DNA from: a virus
Lineage: Duplodnaviria; Caudoviricetes
IMG/VR virus record: IMGVR_UViG_3300037469_000008
Location: 1 to 55,023 of that record
DNA: 55,023 bases
Reading direction: 5' to 3' (one strand)
The translations under genes were made by a program, and so were the position numbers. The notes under the pieces are model-generated. The model did not search any database. It was not told the DNA's origin and saw only the letters and a program-made list of their open reading frames with translations. Shown here one piece after another: positions 9,235 to 19,861 of the stretch; the stretch's first letter is position 1, and the number at the start of each line of letters is the position of its first letter.

Positions 9235-9561
9235 ATGAGCGAGTACATCTTTGCCAACATTGTGCGAGGTGCTTCTACCACCATCGCGAAAGGCATCGTG
9301 GTGCATCTCTCGAAAATGGACGCTAAAGAAGCCAGCGAGTACCAGGGCACGGAGCCGCATTTCACCTACACGATGGACACTCGGCAACTGCCCACAGTTC
9401 CCAATGTGCAGCTCGTTCAGCAAGGCGACCACGTGATCGACCAACAGGTCATCGACGCGAAAACCGGCACGAACCGCCAATTTTTGGTTATCAGCGATCC
9501 GCAGCCAAAGACTCTGCTCATGTCATGGCAATGGGTAGCAGAGCGCTACAGGGGGACGTAA
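9235..9561 (+). CDS. Head closure / stopper-like protein
   Basis: Synteny, size, QQGD motif. Confidence 0.55.
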   Translation: MSEYIFANIVRGASTTIAKGIVVHLSKMDAKEASEYQGTEPHFTYTMDTRQLPTVPNVQLVQQGDHVIDQQVIDAKTGTNRQFLVISDPQPKTLLMSWQWVAERYRGT

Positions 9562-9971
9562 TGGACGACTTTAACATACAGTTTGACCCAGGTTCCCTTG
9601 CCGAACTCACGAAACTTGAGGGCATGGCGGCGCTGCTCAACCCTGACGTACAAAAGGCGCTCACCCAGGCAGGCGAGCTTATCACGACCACGACGCAGAC
9701 CAACACGTGGGGAGTGTTCGACAACCCCACGGGGGTGCTGGCCAGCAGCATCTATTTCTGGGTAGCAAGCCCATCGCAGGTTGAGGTAGCAGTGGGTGTG
9801 CCATATGGCAGACGGCGCGAACTCGGTGGCGGCGGGCTACGGGATAGCTTAGGGCGCCCGATGAATGATCGGGCGCGACCATACATGCAGCCTGCGGTGG
9901 ATACCGACGCCCCGATGATCCAGATGATGGTGAAAGAGACGGTTCTCAATTCGTTCGGAGGGGTGCTCTGA
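9561..9971 (+). CDS. HK97 gp10-like tail completion protein
   Basis: TGVLASSI, PYGRRRELG, ARPYMQPAVD. Confidence 0.8.
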   Translation: MDDFNIQFDPGSLAELTKLEGMAALLNPDVQKALTQAGELITTTTQTNTWGVFDNPTGVLASSIYFWVASPSQVEVAVGVPYGRRRELGGGGLRDSLGRPMNDRARPYMQPAVDTDAPMIQMMVKETVLNSFGGVL

Positions 9972-10462
9972 TGCCCGCAACGACTGCACCCCAAACCAAA
10001 GCGATAGGCGAGTCCATCGTATCCTATCTCTCCAATCTGACCTATCCCGACGCCTCAAGGGTGTACGCGGTGGCGCAGTTGGAGTCAATCAAGGATGTGA
10101 TTAATGCGGTGTCTGGTGGCGGTGCCTGCGTGGAAGTGTATGGCGATACGGATAAAAGCGAGCGCAGGGGCTTCGGCGGGCGCATGTGGGACTACCAGCA
10201 GTGGTACATCCTCTCGATGTGTTCGCTCGATACGGCTTCTTCTGCCGCAAAGATCTATGACATTCGAGATGCGATCGTGCAACCGTTCCAGGTGCATGCA
10301 CAACTCGGCAATATCGTGAGCAACCTGTTTCACTCGCAGCTACAAGACAACATGCGCTTCTTGCGCATCCAACGCAATGGCCAGTTCTTACGCGCCCACT
10401 TGGCCATCTTAGAAACGCGGCAGGAGTGGACCGTTCCGATCCCGCCGGGGGTGATTTCATGA
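9971..10462 (+). CDS. Tail terminator-like protein
   Basis: Synteny before tail tube gene. Confidence 0.55.
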   Translation: MPATTAPQTKAIGESIVSYLSNLTYPDASRVYAVAQLESIKDVINAVSGGGACVEVYGDTDKSERRGFGGRMWDYQQWYILSMCSLDTASSAAKIYDIRDAIVQPFQVHAQLGNIVSNLFHSQLQDNMRFLRIQRNGQFLRAHLAILETRQEWTVPIPPGVIS

Positions 10463-10632
10463 TCTGGACTTTTCACGAGCCGGGTGTTATCCCCGGCATT
10501 CCTGGCCAGTTCGCCAATTGCCGCGTGGAAATTGACGAACGTGGCGAGCCAACCATTTTGCCGCTTGTGCCCACGCCAACAGCGGAACCAGAAACGCAGG
10601 TCGAGGTGCCTGAGAACATAGAGGAGGCATAA
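10459..10632 (+). CDS. Small hypothetical protein
   Basis: ATGA coupling to upstream gene. Confidence 0.6.
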   Translation: MIWTFHEPGVIPGIPGQFANCRVEIDERGEPTILPLVPTPTAEPETQVEVPENIEEA

Positions 10633-10636
10633 CGAG

Positions 10637-12241
10637 ATGGCACTTACGCCCACAAGTGCAAAAGGGACCGTTGGCATCATGATCGAGGGGACGAGCGGGA
10701 TGCCGCAACTCCTGGCACCCACTGCGATCAGCGCCACAGTCGGTGGCATCACCGCGCCGTCTGGTTCCACTGGCATGAAAATCTATGTCAAAATCACCGC
10801 ATGGACGGGGGCTGGCACATTCACCATCAATGGCACGGCCAGCCCCGGCGCCGATTCCGCCGTGACCGTTGCAGCACCAACGGCTCAGCAGTTGCAGTCA
10901 GGTCAGTTGTACAGCTTTGATTATGTTTCGATTGGGGCCTACACGGCCATCACCAATATCACGACGACCGGTTTTACTGGAGGGGGGACCATCCAGGTTT
11001 TTGGCGTACAAGCGGCCAAATTTAATGTCCCCGTCACCTCTTTCAAGGCCAATCGCAAGGTACCGTTGTATTCACCCAATGAGCACAACGGCTTAATGGA
11101 GCGGGATAAAAAGCTCATTGCTACGTACAACGAGACGAGCATCGACAATCTGGATAGCGATTTCTACGGGGATCTCTCGCTCTACTGGGTATACCTCGAA
11201 ATGGGTATTCCCTCCTTCTCTACGTTGCCTGCGGCTCCGCTCTCGATCATTGCCTCCGCGACCATCATAGCCTCAATGACGATCGCGAATCAGCCAACAG
11301 CGCCGGGCATGAAACTCATTATCGTTGCGAGTACCTTTACCGGCAGCCCTGCAATCACAATTACGGGAACAAGCTATGGTATTGCGACCAGTGAGACAGT
11401 CACGATCACTGGCAATGGCACATACTACAGCGCAAATGTGTATAGCGCACTCACAACGATTGGCGGAAGCACCAACGGCACAACCCTGGTCATCACTGGC
11501 GTCTACGGGTGGAAGGGAACCGTGCTCTCCGGCGCAACCCGGCAAACCGCAGCAGTGGAGCACTTTGATGGCTCAGCTTCCTGGACACACCCGTTCGTCG
11601 CCGCAACCGAGGGCAGTATGGCGATTTCCGCAAAAGGGGAAGCGAAACTCACGTTGAAAGGCATCGCGCAGGATCGCTTGCCGATTGGCGATAGAACCAC
11701 CAACCCAATGCAGATCTCACGCGTGACCAGTATCGGCACGCCGCTCGCTGATATGCCGCTGGCTGGCTGGCAAACACAGGTGTGGATAGACGCAATCACT
11801 AGCACCAGCCAGACGACGCTCTTTACGGACCCGGACGAGGAAATCAAAATCGTACTCAAGACACCAACGGAGGCGCACTGGACATTCAACAACCAGCAGC
11901 CGTTCACCAGGGCGTATCCGATCAAGCCCGAAGCCACGGCAGAACTCACGTACGACATTCTGAATCTGCTCCAGTACGAACAGTTCAGGCAAAACCTCAA
12001 GCAGTATCTGGTAGTGCAGATGTTTGGCCGCTTCATCGGCACAACTGGCGGCACTACCTACTATGAGGGCTGGACCTGGACACTCCCAGGCCGCTATGAC
12101 GGCGAGTATGGGCAAGAGGCTGATCCGGGCAAGGGCAACGTGTTCGCGAAACCAAAGTGGCGCACAGAGTACGACAGCGGAATCGGTGGTTCCTATCAAC
12201 TGGTCATTATCACGCAGAACCCACCCAACTATAACGCTTAA
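10637..12241 (+). CDS. Major tail tube protein with Thr/Gly-rich insertions
   Basis: Lies before chaperone and tape measure; 534 aa. Confidence 0.7.
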   Translation: MALTPTSAKGTVGIMIEGTSGMPQLLAPTAISATVGGITAPSGSTGMKIYVKITAWTGAGTFTINGTASPGADSAVTVAAPTAQQLQSGQLYSFDYVSIGAYTAITNITTTGFTGGGTIQVFGVQAAKFNVPVTSFKANRKVPLYSPNEHNGLMERDKKLIATYNETSIDNLDSDFYGDLSLYWVYLEMGIPSFSTLPAAPLSIIASATIIASMTIANQPTAPGMKLIIVASTFTGSPAITITGTSYGIATSETVTITGNGTYYSANVYSALTTIGGSTNGTTLVITGVYGWKGTVLSGATRQTAAVEHFDGSASWTHPFVAATEGSMAISAKGEAKLTLKGIAQDRLPIGDRTTNPMQISRVTSIGTPLADMPLAGWQTQVWIDAITSTSQTTLFTDPDEEIKIVLKTPTEAHWTFNNQQPFTRAYPIKPEATAELTYDILNLLQYEQFRQNLKQYLVVQMFGRFIGTTGGTTYYEGWTWTLPGRYDGEYGQEADPGKGNVFAKPKWRTEYDSGIGGSYQLVIITQNPPNYNA

Positions 12242-12262
12242 ACACAGCAGAAAGGCACAAGA

Positions 12263-12712
12263 ATGGGTGCATTCGATCAAGTCACAAATATCACGGTTCC
12301 TGATGACGAGGGAGATCCCATCGGGGCAACGGCATTCCGCAAACGCTACGGATGGGAGCCGCACGAAGTCGTGATCATGCGCGGGATGTTCACCACCGGG
12401 GACATGGAGGCAGTTGGTAACGCATCCATGTCGGTAGACAAAAACAAGCCCACATTCTCAGGTGGAAGTGGGCGTGTGCATCTGCTGCACCGCATGATTG
12501 TGGATTGGACGTTTTCGGCGGGCGGGCGCAAAGTGCCGGTAACACTTGACGCCATCAGGCGACTTCCTGCCAACTACTCGACGCCACTCCTGGAGAAGTG
12601 CGATGCGCTGGCGCAGGGCATGACAGAGGAAGAACAATCCGATTTTTTCGGCTCTGCAAACGGGCATTCAGAGGAAAACTCAAACGCGATGAGCGTGTCC
12701 CTATCGACATAA
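12263..12712 (+). CDS. Tail assembly chaperone (gpG-like)
   Basis: IVDWTF...PVTLDAIRRL; ends near slippery site. Confidence 0.85.
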   Translation: MGAFDQVTNITVPDDEGDPIGATAFRKRYGWEPHEVVIMRGMFTTGDMEAVGNASMSVDKNKPTFSGGSGRVHLLHRMIVDWTFSAGGRKVPVTLDAIRRLPANYSTPLLEKCDALAQGMTEEEQSDFFGSANGHSEENSNAMSVSLST

Positions 12713-12858
12713 TCGAGAATGAAGTCTGGCCCGTCTTTGGCGGCTACTGGGGGTATTTGGCAGCCCCGATCATCAAGACGCAAAAGCAAATGCTTGTTGT
12801 CCAGGCCCGCCACGAAGCGAAGTCGGAAATCGACGCAGAGAACCAACCATCAACGTAA
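12643..12858 (+). CDS. -1 frameshift extension of tail chaperone (gpGT-like, about 198 aa fusion)
   Basis: T TTT TTC at 12643-12649; -1 frame open to 12858, just before tape measure. Confidence 0.85.
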   Translation, partial: FFRLCKRAFRGKLKRDERVPIDIIENEVWPVFGGYWGYLAAPIIKTQKQMLVVQARHEAKSEIDAENQPST

Positions 12859-12867
12859 GGAAAGAGC

Positions 12868-15507
12868 ATGGCGGCAGGAGACATTGCACTAAAACTCATT
12901 CTTGCAGGAAATGCTACGAGCGCGATTGCTGCCATGTCTGGGCTAACAAAACAGAGCCTGAATCTTAAGAACGTGGTAGCGATGGCCGGACTCGCAGCGG
13001 GCGCCGCCATGGTTGATTTTGGGGCCCAGAGTGTGCATGCAGCGGGTGATTTTGGGGCGGGCATGACGACACTGCAAACAGGCGCAGGAGAGCTTGCAAG
13101 CAACATGAATCTTGTCTCCAATGGCGTCCTCGATATGTCCACACAGACGGGGGAGAGTACCAAGCAACTCACCGATGGCATGTTTATGATCGAGAGCGCC
13201 GGCTATCGAGGCGCGGATGGCCTGAATGTGCTCAAGGACGCTGCGGAAGGTGCAAAAGTCGGCAACGCTGACCTCGGCGTGGTTGCGAATGCCGAGACTA
13301 CTGTCATGAAAGACTACGGAATCAGTGCCAATAACGCAGCCACGGCCATGAATTTCCTGACGGCCATTGTGCAAAATGGCAAGACCACATTGCAAGACCT
13401 CGCGTCCTCTATGTCTCAGGTACTTCCTACCGCAGCTGCGGTCAAAGTGCATCTTGTCGATGTTGGCGGCGCCATGGCAACGATGACTAGCGAAGGCGTG
13501 CCTGCCGCGAACGCTGCCACCTATTTGCGCCAGATGCTCATCTCGCTTGCCGCGCCATCCTCTGCCGGATCAAAGGCGCTCAAAGACATCGGGCTTTCCA
13601 GTCAGCAGGTCTCCGATGAAATGAAAAAGAGCCTGCCTGGCGCGCTGCAACTGATTATGTTGCATCTGGGCGAGACCTACAAGGTTGGCTCGCCGCAGTA
13701 TGTGACCGCACTCAAAAACATCGCAGGCGGCAGCAAGCAAATGCAGGGCATGCTCGACTTAACAGGTTCACATCTCAAAGAGTTCCAGGCGAATGTCAAG
13801 AACGTCTCCGGCACAATGAACCAGGGCAAGGGATCGGTGGTCGGATGGTCGCTGGTCCAGCAGGATTTCAACTTCAAAATGGCACAGGCCGGACAGGCAG
13901 TCAATGTACTCATGATCCGCCTGGGAACGGCGCTCTTGCCCATCGTCTCGTCCGTCGTGACTTCGTTCTCGAACTTCGTCTCCTGGCTCAGCCAGGGCAG
14001 CACTGGCGCACGCGCGCTCGAAGTCGCACTCGGTGTCGTAGTGGGGGCGCTCACGGCGTTCGCGATCGGCATGGGGGTACTGAAAGCCATCTCCATCGCG
14101 CAAACGCTCGCAAGTTGGGTGAGTGGCTTTATTGCCATGATCCCGGCCATGTGGGGAGCCGTCACGGCATCCTGGGCATTTACCGCGTCGCTGCTCGCTA
14201 ATCCCATCACCTGGATCGTGCTCGCTATCATTGCGCTCATCGCGGGTCTGGTCCTGCTCATCACGCACTGGAGCCAGGTGGTTTCCTTTTTGCGCGGCGT
14301 CTGGGGCGCGGTCGTCTCCTGGCTTGCTGGAATCTGGACGAACATCAAAAATACTGCTATTTCTGTTTTTACCTCTATTGTCAATTTCTTCACAGAAACT
14401 TGGACCCGGGTAAAAAACACAGCAACAAATATTTGGGGAGGTATTGTTGGGTTTTTGTCTGGAATCTGGTCGCGAGTGACTAGCGTATTCTCATCCGTAT
14501 GGCGCGGGATAGTAAGCGTACTAACCGTTATCTGGGATATTATCAAAATGACAGCTTTTGTTATTTTTGCAATAATTGTTGCCATAATTCTCAAACCATT
14601 TGTTCCGCTTATTGACTGGTTCCGCGCACATTGGGCGCAGATACAGGCAGCACTTTCCACTGCTTGGCGGACGATCCAAAATATAGCCTCAACCATATGG
14701 ACTGCGATAGGCAATTTTTTCTCGACAATAGGCACTTTTATCCATAATTTAATCACAACCGTTTGGTCCGCGACTTCTAGCTTTCTGCTCGGAATATGGT
14801 CAAATATATCAAAAGTCGCATCTTCTATTTGGTCAGGAATAACAACATTTTTCCGAATAGAACTCATTGGATGGAAAAATATCATCTCAACCGTTTGGGT
14901 CTGGATTTCCGGTTTTTTGTCGAAGATTTGGTCTGGGATCAAATCTGCGGCGTCCTCAATTTGGGGCGGAATAAGTTCATCAATCATGAATGTGGTCCAT
15001 AGTTTGCAAGATAAACTCAGCAATATATGGGGAAATATAAAATCTGCATTTTCTAACGCCATGAATTCGCTGGCGGGGATCGCGCATGGTGCCTGGAGTG
15101 CCGTATCAGGCGCGATCAAATCCGCGATCAATACCGTTATCGGGCTGATCAATGGGATGATCGACGGGGTGAACAGCGTCACAAGCAAAGTGGGTATCCC
15201 GTCGATCCCGCATATTCCCTACCTGGCCAGCGGAGGGAGCAACCTTTCATCCGGCATGTACTGGGTAGGTGAATCTGGACCAGAACTGTTGTGGATTCCG
15301 CAGGGATCGACTGTCATGTCGCATCAGCAGAGCACTGCACTCGTGTCGCGTCCTGGTAGCTATGCGCTCGCTGGCCGAGGTGGCGGCTCGTCCACCATTG
15401 TCGTGCAGCCTGCGCCAGTTTATCTCGACAAGCGGCAGGTGGGGCAAATCCTCTTCAACTATCAGGCTTCGGAGATTCGCAAACAGGGAGGCATCAGGCA
15501 CCGATGA
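12868..15507 (+). CDS. Tape measure protein (TP901-type)
   Basis: Ala-rich N-domain, TM segments, about 11-aa Trp periodicity, YLASGG...VGESGPELL. Confidence 0.93.
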   Translation: MAAGDIALKLILAGNATSAIAAMSGLTKQSLNLKNVVAMAGLAAGAAMVDFGAQSVHAAGDFGAGMTTLQTGAGELASNMNLVSNGVLDMSTQTGESTKQLTDGMFMIESAGYRGADGLNVLKDAAEGAKVGNADLGVVANAETTVMKDYGISANNAATAMNFLTAIVQNGKTTLQDLASSMSQVLPTAAAVKVHLVDVGGAMATMTSEGVPAANAATYLRQMLISLAAPSSAGSKALKDIGLSSQQVSDEMKKSLPGALQLIMLHLGETYKVGSPQYVTALKNIAGGSKQMQGMLDLTGSHLKEFQANVKNVSGTMNQGKGSVVGWSLVQQDFNFKMAQAGQAVNVLMIRLGTALLPIVSSVVTSFSNFVSWLSQGSTGARALEVALGVVVGALTAFAIGMGVLKAISIAQTLASWVSGFIAMIPAMWGAVTASWAFTASLLANPITWIVLAIIALIAGLVLLITHWSQVVSFLRGVWGAVVSWLAGIWTNIKNTAISVFTSIVNFFTETWTRVKNTATNIWGGIVGFLSGIWSRVTSVFSSVWRGIVSVLTVIWDIIKMTAFVIFAIIVAIILKPFVPLIDWFRAHWAQIQAALSTAWRTIQNIASTIWTAIGNFFSTIGTFIHNLITTVWSATSSFLLGIWSNISKVASSIWSGITTFFRIELIGWKNIISTVWVWISGFLSKIWSGIKSAASSIWGGISSSIMNVVHSLQDKLSNIWGNIKSAFSNAMNSLAGIAHGAWSAVSGAIKSAINTVIGLINGMIDGVNSVTSKVGIPSIPHIPYLASGGSNLSSGMYWVGESGPELLWIPQGSTVMSHQQSTALVSRPGSYALAGRGGGSSTIVVQPAPVYLDKRQVGQILFNYQASEIRKQGGIRHR

Positions 15508-17258
15508 ATTATATCACACGTTCCGGCTCAACACTGATGAATGGCACCAGCATATTTCGCTTCGCCGGATGTAATTGTTTCTGGCTCGGCTTACTCTGGC
15601 CGGCGCAGGAGTCGGCGGCTCGCTACCCTACCAACAGCGAGATAGACGATGCTTTGCAAACGGCCGTCGAGATGGGCGCGAGCGTTATACGCTCTCATAC
15701 ACTCGGAATCAGTGTTGGGAATAGCCTCTCTATCGAGCCGTCTCTGGGGGTCTTCAACGATGCGGCATTCGCGCCCATCGACTACACCATCAAGCGCTGC
15801 AATGACCTGGGTTTGCGCATGATTATCCCGCTCACGGATAACTACCACTACTACCATGGCGGGAAGAGCACGTTTACGACATGGCGAGGGATCAGCGACG
15901 AGACGCAGTTCTACACGAACAGCCAGGTGATCGCTGACTTTGAGGCGTACATCAGCCACCTCCTGAATCACGTCAGTACGCTGTCCGGTGTGGCACTCAA
16001 AAACGATCCAGCCATTCTAGCCTGGGAGACAGGCAACGAACTCGGCAACCCGACGCCGCCAACATCGTGGACCACGATCATTGCTAATTACCTCAAGAGC
16101 ATCGACAGCAACCACATCGTGATAGACGGCTCGTATGGCGTGAATAGCGCGGCGCTCTCCATCGCCAACGTGGACATCTATTCCAACCACGTTTACCCGC
16201 TGCAAATCAGCCAGATCGCGAGCGATGCCTCGACAGCAAACGCGGCGGGCAAGGCGTACCTCATCGGCGAGATAGACTGGCGACCTTACGCATCTTCCGG
16301 CTCTGGTGCGATGTACCTGGACACAATCACAGCGTATGCCGGCGCTGCGTCTGCGAAAGTGGTGGTCAATCGCCCTGATGCCTATCCGTACCATGTGCAG
16401 TTCAGACAGGCGGGCTTATCGCTGATTCAAGGCACCTCCTACACACTTTCATTCGCGGCAAAAGCGGATGAGGCGCGCAACCTGCAAATAGCTGTGATTG
16501 GAGGCGCAGCTCCTTATCCTGTCTATTTCCAGCCTGCCGATTTTCTGATCGGAACGAGTTGGCAGGTGTATAACTTCACATTCACGATGAACAAGGCGAG
16601 CGATGCAAACGCGGTGCTCAATTTCGACGTGGCGCAGGTAGTGTCGAGCGTGTGGATTGACTGCGTATCGCTTATTCCAGCAGGCGGCACGAGTCTCATT
16701 GTGAATGGCGACATGGAAGCGGGATCACTCAGCCCCTGGACCATGCACAATACCACCGTCACTCCCGACAGTCTCTCAGCGTTCGAGTCTTCCGTCGAGA
16801 GCAATGCGGCCATCTCAGGAGATCTGTTCTGGTGTCTCATGCCACATCGGGATAGCTACGGGTTCGCACTGCAAAACGATGGATTCAGCCTCTACTATCC
16901 TGGGCAGGAAAGCGGTGCGCAGGCCAATGCGCAAACACTGCGTACGCACGCCTATACCATGAGCGGGTTAGCGGTTTCCTCAGCTCTTGTTCCCGCAGCG
17001 CCGGCACTGAACGCCATTACCAAGGCCAGTGGCGTGTACAGCGTCTCGTGGCGTGGCGCCGTGGGGGCAGAGACGTATGCCTTAGAGCAGTCCACATCGG
17101 GCACGTCCGGGCCGTGGGTGGTACTTGGAAGTGCATACACCGATTTCAGCACGCCTGTCTCTGTTCCGGCGCTCTCACAGTGCTGGTACCGCGTGCGCGC
17201 AGCCAATGTGAGCGGCGTATATGGCCCCTACTCGGAGGTGGTCGGAGGGCCTGACTGA
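15504..17258 (+). CDS. GH5 glycoside hydrolase (mannanase-like) with inserted CBM4/9-like module and C-terminal FN3
   Basis: FRFAGCN, AWETGNE (acid/base Glu), H-Y, IGE (nucleophile); YTLSFAAKA..R CBM motif; YRVRAAN FN3 motif. Confidence 0.85.
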   Translation: MNYITRSGSTLMNGTSIFRFAGCNCFWLGLLWPAQESAARYPTNSEIDDALQTAVEMGASVIRSHTLGISVGNSLSIEPSLGVFNDAAFAPIDYTIKRCNDLGLRMIIPLTDNYHYYHGGKSTFTTWRGISDETQFYTNSQVIADFEAYISHLLNHVSTLSGVALKNDPAILAWETGNELGNPTPPTSWTTIIANYLKSIDSNHIVIDGSYGVNSAALSIANVDIYSNHVYPLQISQIASDASTANAAGKAYLIGEIDWRPYASSGSGAMYLDTITAYAGAASAKVVVNRPDAYPYHVQFRQAGLSLIQGTSYTLSFAAKADEARNLQIAVIGGAAPYPVYFQPADFLIGTSWQVYNFTFTMNKASDANAVLNFDVAQVVSSVWIDCVSLIPAGGTSLIVNGDMEAGSLSPWTMHNTTVTPDSLSAFESSVESNAAISGDLFWCLMPHRDSYGFALQNDGFSLYYPGQESGAQANAQTLRTHAYTMSGLAVSSALVPAAPALNAITKASGVYSVSWRGAVGAETYALEQSTSGTSGPWVVLGSAYTDFSTPVSVPALSQCWYRVRAANVSGVYGPYSEVVGGPD

Positions 17259-17259
17259 T

Positions 17260-19212
17260 ATGGCTCTCCAAATCACGATCGCCGGGACGCCCGTGACGTT
17301 CCTGGAAGATAGCTTTCAGTTACATCTCAAAATCGATGAGCGCCAACGCTGCCAGTTCACCGTCATTGATTACACCGGCACGCAGTTCTACTCGCGCGGT
17401 ATGCAAGTGGTGGTGACGGACCCCGTTTTAGGCAGGCTCTACCAGGGCTACGTGATCAACGATAAGCAGGATAAGAGCAACGTCTACCCGGACCCGACAG
17501 TGGAGCACCAGATAGACACGATCGACAATATCTATCTCGCAGCCAAACGCACCAGCAAGCTGACGTACACCAACCCGACGCTGGCCGGCAAAATCGCCGT
17601 GGATATGGTGCGCTCGGTGCTCGGCGCGGAGGGAGTTGTAGCCAATTACGCGGTAGATGAGAACCAAACGCAGGCAGATTTCGCCGAAGGGACGCTCACC
17701 AACGTTGTGAGTACGTTGAATATCGGGGACGGTGATCTCGAACTGCTATCCTCGTCCTCCGTCTCGCAGACCTACAACACGCAAGCACAGTGGCAAATCG
17801 GCACGTTCACGAACACACAGGCGAACAGCGGCGGCGATCTCTCGCTCATTGGTTTCACGCGCAATTGGGATGATGGCAACAAGAGCAATCAAACGCTCTT
17901 TGGGCAAGGCTCGCCAACGGACTCGATTAATTCAGGGAATCAATACGCGCTCACCTGCACCGCGGGCAAAGAGACGCGCAGCAGACTCGACTTCGCTGGT
18001 ACCTGGCTGAATGGCACGATGGAATGCGATGTCGTTCTGGGAGCCGATACGCCAAAGCATTCGCTCTCCTGGCGCACAACCACATGGAGCAACAACGACT
18101 CGACGTATGCCTACGTGGTGGAGCTGACCACCTCCCAAATAGAATTGCGCAAGGGCTCGAATAGCAGTTCTGGCAGCAGCTCCTCGCTGGCCTTGACGAC
18201 GTTCGCCACGAAGCTGGCGGCTGGCTCCTACCGCCTGCGCGTGGTCTTCAACGGCTCGTCGCACACGGCGTATGTGAACGGCGTCCAGCAGGTGACAGCG
18301 ACGGATGCAACCTGGAGTACTGCCGGGATGCTTACGCTGCGCAACCGCAACGGCACGAGCGCCACGCTCACCCAGAAGTTCGACAACTTTGGGGTGATGT
18401 CCTCGCTCAGCGGGACATGGCAGGGTCCGTCCACCAGCATCAGCAGTATCGCAGCGATTGCCTCATCAGTCATCAAGTGGGACACATCGCTCTCGACAGG
18501 CGGGACCGTCCTCGTACAAACAAGCATCGACGGTGGATCGACGTTTCAGACCTGCTCCAACGGCGGGACTATACCAGGACTGACGAATGGATCCTCTGGC
18601 GCTGGCAAGAGCGTGATCGTCAAGGCGACACTCAGCAATACGACAACCGCGACCATGCCGGACATTCGCAATCTGACCTGGAACGTGATCGGTGGCTATG
18701 TGTCCTCCGGGTCGCGTTCCACCGCGCCCATCGGCAACGATACGATGGTGCGCGCCGATCAAGCGGGCATCGGCACTGCCTTTGACGGGCAAACCTATAC
18801 CAAAGTCGGGACGGCGACGGATGCGATCAGCAGCAACGAGGCCACGATCACAAACACGACCGGCGATGTGTTTGAAGTCCTGGGCAGTACGACTGCGGGC
18901 GATCAGGATGCCACTGTGCGCATCAAGCTCTCAGCTTCGACCATGACGGCAGGGCTGGCGATGCGCTATGTCGATGTGAACAACCACTATCGTTTTAGCG
19001 CATCGACGACCACGCTCACCATTACCAAGGTCAGCGCGGGCGTGTCGTTCTCATTCCCTACGGTGGCGCAGGCGACGACCGTAGGGACTTTCTACTACAT
19101 GCGTTTTCGCGTCACTGGAGATGGCGCCGCGGCGGCAATCAGCCTGCAAGGCAAAGTCTGGCAGGCGGGGACATTGGAACCGCCTGCGTGGTCGATCACC
19201 GCGAGCGATTAA
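17260..19212 (+). CDS. Tail hub / baseplate protein, N-terminal part with lectin-like domains
   Basis: Hub-like N-terminus (CQFTV, AGKIAVDMV) followed by beta-sandwich repeats. Confidence 0.7.
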   Translation: MALQITIAGTPVTFLEDSFQLHLKIDERQRCQFTVIDYTGTQFYSRGMQVVVTDPVLGRLYQGYVINDKQDKSNVYPDPTVEHQIDTIDNIYLAAKRTSKLTYTNPTLAGKIAVDMVRSVLGAEGVVANYAVDENQTQADFAEGTLTNVVSTLNIGDGDLELLSSSSVSQTYNTQAQWQIGTFTNTQANSGGDLSLIGFTRNWDDGNKSNQTLFGQGSPTDSINSGNQYALTCTAGKETRSRLDFAGTWLNGTMECDVVLGADTPKHSLSWRTTTWSNNDSTYAYVVELTTSQIELRKGSNSSSGSSSSLALTTFATKLAAGSYRLRVVFNGSSHTAYVNGVQQVTATDATWSTAGMLTLRNRNGTSATLTQKFDNFGVMSSLSGTWQGPSTSISSIAAIASSVIKWDTSLSTGGTVLVQTSIDGGSTFQTCSNGGTIPGLTNGSSGAGKSVIVKATLSNTTTATMPDIRNLTWNVIGGYVSSGSRSTAPIGNDTMVRADQAGIGTAFDGQTYTKVGTATDAISSNEATITNTTGDVFEVLGSTTAGDQDATVRIKLSASTMTAGLAMRYVDVNNHYRFSASTTTLTITKVSAGVSFSFPTVAQATTVGTFYYMRFRVTGDGAAAAISLQGKVWQAGTLEPPAWSITASD

Positions 19213-19224
19213 AGGAGCAAAAAT

Positions 19225-19851
19225 ATGGCTTTCGGGGCAGTCCCAAAGGACAGCGGCAATATTCCAGTAGCAGAAACCTACGTGCCTGGTGTCGGTTTCG
19301 TCGCGCTGCAAGGCTCAACGCTGACGAATACCGATGGATCGAGCAATCAATCGAGTCCGGGCAACTTCAACCTGAAGCAAATCAATGACAGCGCGGTGCA
19401 GATGTCAGGCGCGGATGCGGTGACTGTGGCCAATGTGCTGCTGGTGAGCCGGGGTCAGTATAACGGCACGACCGTCGACCAGGTGCGCGGCAACCTGGAC
19501 AACATTGTGGTGCTGGCCTCTGCGGCGCGCACTGCCACGCAGACGCAAGCAGACCAAACTAATTTTAATCACCGCGGGATTGTTGTTGTGCTTGACATGA
19601 CCATCGTTGGCACCGGCTCCGTCACTCTGGAAATCGATGGAAAAGATCCCGTATCGGGGAAGTATTATGCATTGCTCACAGGCGCTGCAGTCATCACAAA
19701 CAGCACGAACATTTATCGTGTGTATCCAGGGCTCACGGCAGCAGCCAACGCGACTGCAAATGATGTCCTGCCACGTACATGGAGAATCAAAGTGACGGCA
19801 AATAATAGCAACTCCTGCACGTATAGCGTGGGCGCGATGCTCATCTTGTAA
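19225..19851 (+). CDS. Virion beta-sandwich protein inserted in tail hub locus
   Basis: SD AAGGAG; SAARTAT...GKDPVSGKYY motif. Confidence 0.65.
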   Translation: MAFGAVPKDSGNIPVAETYVPGVGFVALQGSTLTNTDGSSNQSSPGNFNLKQINDSAVQMSGADAVTVANVLLVSRGQYNGTTVDQVRGNLDNIVVLASAARTATQTQADQTNFNHRGIVVVLDMTIVGTGSVTLEIDGKDPVSGKYYALLTGAAVITNSTNIYRVYPGLTAAANATANDVLPRTWRIKVTANNSNSCTYSVGAMLIL

Positions 19852-19861
19852 GGGGAAGTCA

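Noticed and set aside
13677-15188. 503-aa antisense ORF and other long shadow ORFs (for example 34404-35483 and 39315-40487)
   Set aside because: Mirror frames of well-supported genes, with no RBS or motifs
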